Part shown: piece by piece, positions 57,863 through 64,000 of the stretch | Position numbering within the stretch: position 1 is the stretch's first letter | Layout of the letters: every line of letters starts with the position of its first letter | Origin: a bacterium | GTDB lineage: Bacteria; UBA6262; WVXT01 | NCBI GenBank assembly: GCA_046759165.1 | Contig: JBHIBS010000001.1 | Location: forward strand, 22,304 to 86,303 | Direction: 5' to 3' | Length of the DNA stretch: 64,000 nt | Notes under the pieces: generated by a model | Database searches by the model: none | The model's input: the letters and a program-made list of their open reading frames with translations, nothing else | What the model was told of the DNA's origin: nothing | Translations under genes and position numbers: made by a program

Positions 57863-58807
57863 TCATTTTTTTTCTAATTTTTCCTTCTGGACTTCCAGAT
57901 GTTTGCCATAGTATTTAGAGAATCTATGAGTGCCTTCTCCTTTAGCAACAAAGAACATCAAATCGGTCTCGGCTGGATACAAGGCCGCCTTAATAGAGGC
58001 CAGACCAGGATTGCAAATAGGCCCCGGTGGTAGACCAAAATGGTTATAAGTATTATAAGGAGAGTCGACTTTCAAATCTTCGTAGGTCAACTTCTCCTTA
58101 TGATCTCCCAGCGCGTATTGAACCGTAGCACAAGATTCTAAATACCACCGCTTCCTTAACCGATTATGGAAAACGGCAGAAATTAGCGGCCTCTCTTCAT
58201 TCCTGACAGCCTCTTTCTCGATTATGGAAGCCAAGATTACTGTATCGCTTTTTGTGAACTTAAACTTCTTCCCTCTATCTTCCATCTCTTTTGTAAACAC
58301 CTCATTGAATTGGTCGACCATCATACCAATAATTTCTTCTTCTGAAGTATCATAATCAACAAAATATGTTTCCGGAAAAAGATAGCCCTCCAGTCTCCTC
58401 TGTTCAACAATCTGTAAAAACCTATCTTTTCTTCCCAATCCCTTCTGCTCAATTAACTGGGCAATCTGAGGGGCAGTAAATCCCTCCGGAACGGTCAACT
58501 TTACTATCTTGCTTTTTCCTGAAACGAGTTTGTCGATAATTCGCCAAGTCCCTTTTTTTGAATCTATTTCGTAGACTCCCGCTTTAATTCTTCTATGCAC
58601 CCCTTTTAGTCTAAGAAGAAACAGAAAGTAACTCTTACTGGGAATTAAACCTTCCCTCTCAAGTAATTCCGCTACTCCTCTAGCAGTCATTCTCTGTTCT
58701 ATTATTACCAAGGAAGTTTTAGAGGGGCGATGGGACGAAATGAAGAGCACTAAAATTCCCAAAATCAGCAAGCACAGGGTTACAACGCCTATTCTTACTA
58801 TTCTCAT
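57863..58807 (-). CDS. mltG: Endolytic murein transglycosylase
   Basis: T.PEG, LEGYLFPETY, LASIIEKE, VF.NRL, SPYNTY...GLPPGPI.NPG. Confidence 0.95.
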   Translation of the reverse strand: MRIVRIGVVTLCLLILGILVLFISSHRPSKTSLVIIEQRMTARGVAELLEREGLIPSKSYFLFLLRLKGVHRRIKAGVYEIDSKKGTWRIIDKLVSGKSKIVKLTVPEGFTAPQIAQLIEQKGLGRKDRFLQIVEQRRLEGYLFPETYFVDYDTSEEEIIGMMVDQFNEVFTKEMEDRGKKFKFTKSDTVILASIIEKEAVRNEERPLISAVFHNRLRKRWYLESCATVQYALGDHKEKLTYEDLKVDSPYNTYNHFGLPPGPICNPGLASIKAALYPAETDLMFFVAKGEGTHRFSKYYGKHLEVQKEKLEKK

Positions 58808-59250
58808 TTATTACTCTCTCGACTTTTCTCTTTTTGACCCCATCCAATACTGTCCAAATAGTTTTGCAAAATTATACAGGCAGAGACTTTGTCCAAACTA
58901 TCCTTCCGTTTTTTCCTTGATAACCTTGCCTGTCGAAGCACCTTCTCTGCACTAACAGTTGTTAACCTTTCATCCCAGGTTACTATGGGTACCCTTATCA
59001 CCTTTTCCAGAACTTTCACAAAAGCCAAAACCTCTTTCCCCTTACCGCCCAATGAACCGTTCATATTTCTAGGTAAACCAATAACAATCTTCTCAATCTT
59101 ATTCTGGCCGACAATTGCTTTTATGTCCCCAAGCCAACTACGAGTTCCATTTCTCTTTAAAACTTTCAGACTCCGAGCAACCATATTTGAAGGGTCACTC
59201 AGTGCCACCCCAATTCTTTTCTCTCCATAATCGATCCCTAAAATTTTCAT
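58804..59250 (-). CDS. ruvX: YqgF/RuvX pre-16S rRNA nuclease
   Basis: LGIDYG.KRIGVA.SD, GLP, DERLTT, D..SA..IL. Confidence 0.95.
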   Translation of the reverse strand: MKILGIDYGEKRIGVALSDPSNMVARSLKVLKRNGTRSWLGDIKAIVGQNKIEKIVIGLPRNMNGSLGGKGKEVLAFVKVLEKVIRVPIVTWDERLTTVSAEKVLRQARLSRKKRKDSLDKVSACIILQNYLDSIGWGQKEKSRESNK

Positions 59251-59298
59251 AACTGTTCCTCAGGTCATGCCTCAGATCATTGGGTAAAATTCTAAATT

Positions 59299-59417
59299 GA
59301 CCCGAATGGTCCCGATTAAAATCGGGGCTTGCCCTGTCCCTTCATTTCATTCAGAGGCAGGGTCGCAATGAGAGGGCGATTTAAAATCCTACCTGTAGGC
59401 ACAAATTCAATTTGCCC
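59299..59417. repeat. Palindromic element plus adjacent GTAG REP
   Basis: gacccgaat.ggtc...ttcatttcattcag...gtcgcaatga shared with 44665-44761; TGTAGGCACAAATTCAATTTGCCC at 59394. Confidence 0.65.
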
Positions 59418-59459
59418 ATAATCAAAATCCGTTGTGAGCAAAACCAAGTCCCGGAGCAT

Positions 59460-59644
59460 ATAATCTACGGCTCTTATCCAATTCTTTGAGGATATCTTCT
59501 TTAGACAATTTAGTTAAATATTGATGCTATATGTATGGTTATCTACATCGTATCCTTCCTTCCACATCCGTTTCACTAACGATGGATACTTCTCCGCCAT
59601 TCTTTCCACTACAAAAAAGTAGTCTTAACATCTTCTTTCTTCAT
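59460..59644 (-). pseudogene. Polysaccharide deacetylase (NodB domain) internal fragment
   Basis: With two frameshifts reads KKEDVKTTF/VVERMAEKYPSLVKRMWKEGYDVDNHTYS/HQYLTKLSKEDILKEL (ATFF and NHTYSH motifs). Confidence 0.75.
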
Positions 59645-59667
59645 TAATTTATTTTTCAAATTCTTGA

Positions 59668-60228
59668 TTATCCTTTCAGGTTTACTTCTTCTATTATGCT
59701 GTAAGTGGGACCTCTGGAACTTAGCTGGCTCTCCATAACCAGCACCTTGTCCACAGAAAATTCGCCCACATCACTACTTTCCATTTCCTCGATTTTCTTA
59801 ACCAATTTCTCCTTTCCCCTCGGAGACCTCACCCTGCCAATCGTCAAATGGACAGAAAACTCTCTCTTCTCTTTGGCAAATCCCAAATAGGAAAGATTTT
59901 CTTCAATGTTCTTATTTAAATTTTTCAGTTCCTCCTTCCCTTCACTTACCCCAATCCAGACTACCCGTGGAGATTTAAGGTTGGGAAAGCTACCTAACTC
60001 AGAAAGGTGAACCCTGAAATTGGAAATCCTTGTCACTGCAAGTCTTGTCTTTTCAATCACTGCCGGGAGTTTGTCCTCATTTACCTCACCCAGAAATTTT
60101 AGAGTAATGTGGAGATTTTCAGGCTCAACCCATTTGACATCCGGATCTCCTTTCCTGAACTCCCCCTGAATTTGAGCAATCCTTTCCCTCACTTCACTGG
60201 ATATTCCCACAGCAATAAAAGTTCTCAT
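59668..60228 (-). CDS. thpR: RNA 2',3'-cyclic phosphodiesterase (2H family)
   Basis: MRTFIA, HITL.FLG, PRVVW.G, HLTIGR, S.L...GP.Y. Confidence 0.93.
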   Translation of the reverse strand: MRTFIAVGISSEVRERIAQIQGEFRKGDPDVKWVEPENLHITLKFLGEVNEDKLPAVIEKTRLAVTRISNFRVHLSELGSFPNLKSPRVVWIGVSEGKEELKNLNKNIEENLSYLGFAKEKREFSVHLTIGRVRSPRGKEKLVKKIEEMESSDVGEFSVDKVLVMESQLSSRGPTYSIIEEVNLKG

Positions 60229-60282
60229 CCCCTTTACTCCAAGATATTCCCTTCAGGACGTTCGCCACCGTTAAATACTGAC

Positions 60283-60306
60283 GCAGAACTTCACTCTGCC
60301 GCTACA
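60283..60306 (-). repeat. REP unit B in the thpR leader
   Basis: TGTAGCGGCAGAGTGAAGTTCTGC. Confidence 0.7.
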
Positions 60307-60330
60307 TTAATAACCGACTAACAATTTTAA

Positions 60331-60359
60331 ATTGTAACAGCATTCTTCCTAAAAAGCAA
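60331..60359 (-). promoter_or_regulatory. Putative sigma70 promoter for thpR
   Basis: TTGCTT-17 nt-TACAAT with TG extension. Confidence 0.5.
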
Positions 60360-60377
60360 TAAGTTTTTCTGTGAAAG

Positions 60378-60607
60378 ATGGAAAACAGAAAGGTATATGG
60401 CGCCCCTTGAATAAGATTTTCACGTATTAAGCAAGGGGGTTAACCAGGAAAGCTCTTGCCAGATACTTAGGGCTTGCTACATCTTACCTTGTCAGATATG
60501 AACAAAATGAAATTAAAAATCCTAGTGTTTGGACTATAAAGAGAATTGCTAAGTTTTGAAAGGTGAGATCAACAGAATTGTTGGACGAAAAGGATTTATC
60601 TAAATAG
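60378..60607 (+). pseudogene. XRE/Cro-family HTH regulator remnant
   Basis: MENRKVYGAP*IRFSRIKQG/LTRKALARYLGLATSYLVRYEQNEIKNPSVWTIKRIAKF*KVRSTELL; two TGA stops and one frameshift. Confidence 0.7.
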
Positions 60608-60687
60608 CCTTCTACTGATATCCTTTGCCCACTAGTAACTTTAAGAAGTAAAATAAAAATGCGGGTTTGAATCTTCTAACTTTGCCT

Positions 60688-61503
60688 TTAATAAGCATAT
60701 AGTTTACCATAAGGACGATGGCTAACTGGAATTAGTTTACTAAATTTTTTCTTTAATATAAAGTCATAATTCAAACTGAATTCTTGGCAGTATTCTAGTA
60801 GATATTTTCTCAAAATATTATCGTCTTGACTCATCCATCTACCCATCCCTATTTCTTTTCCTAATCGATACTTTTCAATCTCTTCCCGAATATAGATAAT
60901 TCCACCATGCATCCCAGTCCCGACATAATTCCCAACAACAGGTTCTTTCTTGTGTTTGAGTCCAAGAAGTATTAGAATTCCACCAGCCATATATTCACCT
61001 AAAAAATCGCGAGCAGACCCTCCAACGATAAGAACAGGTAATAAATGCTTGTAGGCTTTCATATGTATTCCTACTCGATATCCCACATTTCCCTTAATAT
61101 AAAGCTTCCCGCCTCGCATGGCGTAACCTAAGACATCTCCAGCATGACCATGAATTATAATTTTACCTTCGTTCATTGTGTTAGCGATAGCATCCTGTCC
61201 ATTACCATAAACTGTAATCTCAGGACCATTCATAAACGAACCTAAGTCGTTACCTGGTGTCCCTTTGATAGTAATTTTTACCTTTGCTTTAAGTCCAGAA
61301 GCGATGTATCTCTGACCATTGACATTAGTTAAAGTAATCTCCTCATCATTGTGGTTTATTGCTTGCCGAATTTTTTCGTTCAAATCTTTATGGCCTAAAA
61401 CTTTGCAATCTATCTTCACCCCGTTAGAAACAGTAGAATGTACTATCCGTGAAATATTGCAATCACGATATTCGTTACTCTTAAAATTTCTAACGGGGTT
61501 CAT
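60688..61503 (-). CDS. Glutamate synthase domain-3 (GXGXG) stand-alone subunit
   Basis: NGQRYIA.G, G.PGNDLG.FM.G, repeated G....GY.M.GG / FLGEYMAGG / GTGMHGG; ends RPYGKLYAY. Confidence 0.9.
   Translation of the reverse strand: MNPVRNFKSNEYRDCNISRIVHSTVSNGVKIDCKVLGHKDLNEKIRQAINHNDEEITLTNVNGQRYIASGLKAKVKITIKGTPGNDLGSFMNGPEITVYGNGQDAIANTMNEGKIIIHGHAGDVLGYAMRGGKLYIKGNVGYRVGIHMKAYKHLLPVLIVGGSARDFLGEYMAGGILILLGLKHKKEPVVGNYVGTGMHGGIIYIREEIEKYRLGKEIGMGRWMSQDDNILRKYLLEYCQEFSLNYDFILKKKFSKLIPVSHRPYGKLYAY
61419..61498. mobile_element. 80-bp MITE with 12-bp perfect TIRs and 4-bp target duplication, in frame at the start of the GXGXG gene
   Basis: ccccgttagaaa...tttctaacgggg flanked by ttca at 61415-61418 and 61499-61502. 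Confidence 0.85.
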
Positions 61504-62814
61504 CTACACCTCTAAGGGCGAAATTTCTTTAGCACGAAATTCTTTGGGTACATAAATATAGCCAAAAGTTTCTTCTAAAATTTCGTTTTTGAAATTGGTT
61601 ACATCAAGCTGATCTTTGATTAGACCGGTAATAATCCCTGCCCGCTCTATATCATTAATCAAAATAGAACCGTTAATCTTTCCTTTCTGAATAACAATCC
61701 TTTTGTAAGTTTTCTTTTCTGGTTCAAATTTCACTAAGATTTCATACATATCTTCTTTAACTGCACTGATCCCAGCAGTAATTATTGGTAAATTGAATAC
61801 CTCGATAGAATTAAGGACCAGGCCGCCTTGATATGCGACCATTTCGCCAGCCATATTAGCTCCAGCTATTTCTCCCTGTTCGTAAGCTAACGGCCAGATA
61901 GGAATTGGTCTGTTTTGTCTGTAAAGAAAATCGTATGCTTCAGCAACATCGCCAGCAGCGTAGATATTCTCAATATTGGTTTGCACAAACTCATTAACCA
62001 AAATTCCTTTATTTATTCTAATTTCAGTTTCTCTCGCTAAATCTAAATTTGGAATGACACCAATTGCTACAACGACTAAATCGGCCTTTATTCTTTTGTC
62101 CTGTCTGTCAGCATGAACGGCACTTTTGAGAATAACCCCTTCAACCTTCTTATTTATTCCTGCTATTTTCTCTGCTGTACTTCGAGTAATTAACTCAACT
62201 TTATTCTCTTTCAAATGTCGATGGACAATGGAAGCCCCTTCTTTATCCAGAACAGTGGAGAGAACTCGGTCAGCTAATTCAATAATTGTCACTTTTAATC
62301 CTGCATTTGATAAACTTTCAGCGGCTTTCAAGCCAATCATTCCACCACCAATAACTACTGCTTTTTTAGCTTTCTTTATTGCCTTTGCTAAACGGTTAAC
62401 TTCGTCCCATGTAGTGAAAGTAAAAACATTGTCTTTATCCACCCCTTTAATTGCGGGGACTATTGGTTTTCCTCCACAGGCTATTAAGAGTTTCGTGTAA
62501 GAAATCTTCTTTTTGTTTGCTAAAACTATACTTTTCTCTTTGGGCAGGACCTTTGTGACTTCCTGTCCTAAAATCAATTCAACGTTATTTTCCTGATAGA
62601 ATTGCTTCTCCCGATAGTACATCTTCTCCAGTTTTACTTTACCCTCTAAGAAGTAAGACATGAGAGGTCGAGAATAAGTGAGATAAGGTTCCTTGCTAAT
62701 CACAGTGAGTGGAGAAATTTTATCCCTTTCCCTGATTGCCTCAATAGCAGCAATCCCTGCCACTGAATTACCAATAATTACATATTTTTCCTTTTTACCT
62801 CTGCACTTATTCAT
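61504..62814 (-). CDS. FAD/NAD(P)H-dependent oxidoreductase (NADH oxidase / NirB-like)
   Basis: VIIGN..AG, YSRP, VVIGGG.IG, T....IYAAGD. Confidence 0.9.
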   Translation of the reverse strand: MNKCRGKKEKYVIIGNSVAGIAAIEAIRERDKISPLTVISKEPYLTYSRPLMSYFLEGKVKLEKMYYREKQFYQENNVELILGQEVTKVLPKEKSIVLANKKKISYTKLLIACGGKPIVPAIKGVDKDNVFTFTTWDEVNRLAKAIKKAKKAVVIGGGMIGLKAAESLSNAGLKVTIIELADRVLSTVLDKEGASIVHRHLKENKVELITRSTAEKIAGINKKVEGVILKSAVHADRQDKRIKADLVVVAIGVIPNLDLARETEIRINKGILVNEFVQTNIENIYAAGDVAEAYDFLYRQNRPIPIWPLAYEQGEIAGANMAGEMVAYQGGLVLNSIEVFNLPIITAGISAVKEDMYEILVKFEPEKKTYKRIVIQKGKINGSILINDIERAGIITGLIKDQLDVTNFKNEILEETFGYIYVPKEFRAKEISPLEV

Positions 62815-63241
62815 ATATCAATGCCTCATTCGGACATTTGTCTACACAGACTGGAACATCTTCATCAGGACAAAGGTCACATTTGGTAGCCACTTTCTTT
62901 TCTCTGATATCTCTTAAGATAACCCCAAAGGGACAGACCATTATACACATCCAGCAACCCACACATTTATCTTGGTCGCATCTTATTATCCCAGTTTCTT
63001 TCTCTCGTCGCATTGCTCCGGTTAAACAAGCCTTAACACAAGGAGCATCTTCGCAATGGCGACACTGAAGGGCAAAAGAAAGCGGACCTCTCTGCTCAAC
63101 TATCAAACGAGGTAAAGCCCTGGGGAACTCTTCCTTATAAGCTTTGATGATTTTCTTTGATTTAGAATGGGCTACCAAACAGTGAATCTCACATAAACGG
63201 CAGCCCATACAATACTCTTCTTTCACATAGATTTTTTTCAT
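62807..63241 (-). CDS. 4Fe-4S multicluster electron-transfer protein (DmsB/CooF-like)
   Basis: CMGCRLCE..C, CRHC....C...C, CVGCWMC...CP, CDLC......C...CP. Confidence 0.92.
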   Translation of the reverse strand: MKKIYVKEEYCMGCRLCEIHCLVAHSKSKKIIKAYKEEFPRALPRLIVEQRGPLSFALQCRHCEDAPCVKACLTGAMRREKETGIIRCDQDKCVGCWMCIMVCPFGVILRDIREKKVATKCDLCPDEDVPVCVDKCPNEALIYE

Positions 63242-63999
63242 AATGATTCTCCTGCTGGTTTTACTTCCAGTAATCTGAGCTCGGTCTCGGTGAGACCAAC
63301 TCCACGCAATCTTAAACGGTTGCCCCTTAAGGATTCGATAGCATTTATTCCCATACCACCAAGCATTTCTTTAATCTCTAAACCCCATGCTTGAATTAAA
63401 TTAACTAATCTTTCAGTAGCGATATGAGGATTAATCCTTTTCATAACATAAGGGTCCTGAGTAGCAATGCCCCAATTGCATTTTCCAGTATAGCATTTCT
63501 GACACATATGACATCCACAGGCAATGAGAGCAGAAGTAGCGATATAGACTGCATCTGCACCTAAAGCAATCGCTTTAACTACATCAGCCGAATTTCTGAT
63601 ACCACCACCAACAACAATCGAGGCGCGATGTCGTACGCCTTCTTGTCGCAGACGGCTGTCCACAGCAGCTAACGCTAATTCAATAGGGATACCTACGTTG
63701 TCCCTTATCCTCGTTGGCGCGGCACCAGTACCTCCCCGAACGCCATCCAGAGCTATAATATCCGCACCGGCACGAACCATCCCGGAGGCAATTGCCGCAG
63801 AGTTATGAACAGCAGCAATTTTAACTATAACCGGCTTAGTATAACAAGTTGCTTCTTTCAATGCATAAATCAATTGACTCAAATCCTCAATCGAATAGAT
63901 ATCGTGATGTGGGGCTGGAGAAAGAGCATCAGTTCCTTCTGGGATCATTCTTGTTTCTGAGATTTGCTGAGTGACTTTCTCTCCTGGAAGATGCCCGCC
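63238..63999 (-). CDS. Glutamate synthase FMN-binding subunit (GltB2 type), 5' end beyond window
   Basis: GGHLPGEKV, SPAPHHDIYSIEDL, DG..GGTGA, GGIR, C..C..C....C..GIATQ. Confidence 0.93.
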   Translation of the reverse strand, partial: GGHLPGEKVTQQISETRMIPEGTDALSPAPHHDIYSIEDLSQLIYALKEATCYTKPVIVKIAAVHNSAAIASGMVRAGADIIALDGVRGGTGAAPTRIRDNVGIPIELALAAVDSRLRQEGVRHRASIVVGGGIRNSADVVKAIALGADAVYIATSALIACGCHMCQKCYTGKCNWGIATQDPYVMKRINPHIATERLVNLIQAWGLEIKEMLGGMGINAIESLRGNRLRLRGVGLTETELRLLEVKPAGESL

Positions 64000-64000
64000 A

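Noticed and set aside
19353-60560. Stop-codon recoding to explain in-frame stops in the PilZ and XRE remnants
   Set aside because: TAA, TAG and TGA all end conserved genes here, and the remnants have mixed stops, a lost start or a frameshift.
629-63068. Numerous plus-strand ORFs in the track (e.g. 17852-18451, 22510-23049, 36317-36787)
   Set aside because: All lie antisense to well-supported minus-strand genes and show no independent protein motifs.

Overview
Bacterial chromosomal segment (genetic code 11) in which essentially every intact gene is on the minus strand; the lineage cannot be assigned from this window alone. Read in transcription direction (right to left) it contains: (1) a split, archaeal-style glutamate synthase module (FMN subunit, truncated by the window edge; 4Fe-4S protein; FAD/NAD oxidoreductase; GXGXG subunit); (2) thpR, ruvX, mltG, mutM, a hypothetical gene, a PflX-like radical SAM gene, nfi, a MEMO-family gene and a tightly coupled galT-like / polX / galT-like triad; (3) stand-alone Lrp/AsnC-RAM and GatE-type GAD domain genes, a SagB-like gene, an orphan OppA and a nicotinate phosphoribosyltransferase; (4) a complete dcw cluster (mraZ to ftsZ) with a consensus sigma70 promoter and MraZ boxes, interrupted between murC and murB by plsC-like, DUF362 and 7TM-GAF histidine kinase genes; (5) pilT, pgeF, an unannotated Xis/BldC-like HTH gene with a PilZ pseudogene, yggS, proC, yggT, mtnA, ileS, lspA, rluD; (6) remA, gmk, rpoZ, coaBC, udg, priA, fmt, rsmB, a PASTA-only protein, rpe, rpsP, khpA, rimM and the start of trmD. 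The two best leads are both inferences. First, two GalT/HIT-family paralogues that keep the HxHxQ nucleophile but have lost sugar-phosphate motifs bracket PolX among DNA repair genes. Second, tandem [D/E]RR arginine-rich tags resembling c-di-GMP-binding regions are fused to ProC and PlsC. The intergenic DNA holds several REP/MITE families, some inserted in frame into proteins. No tRNA, rRNA or CRISPR array was recognised.
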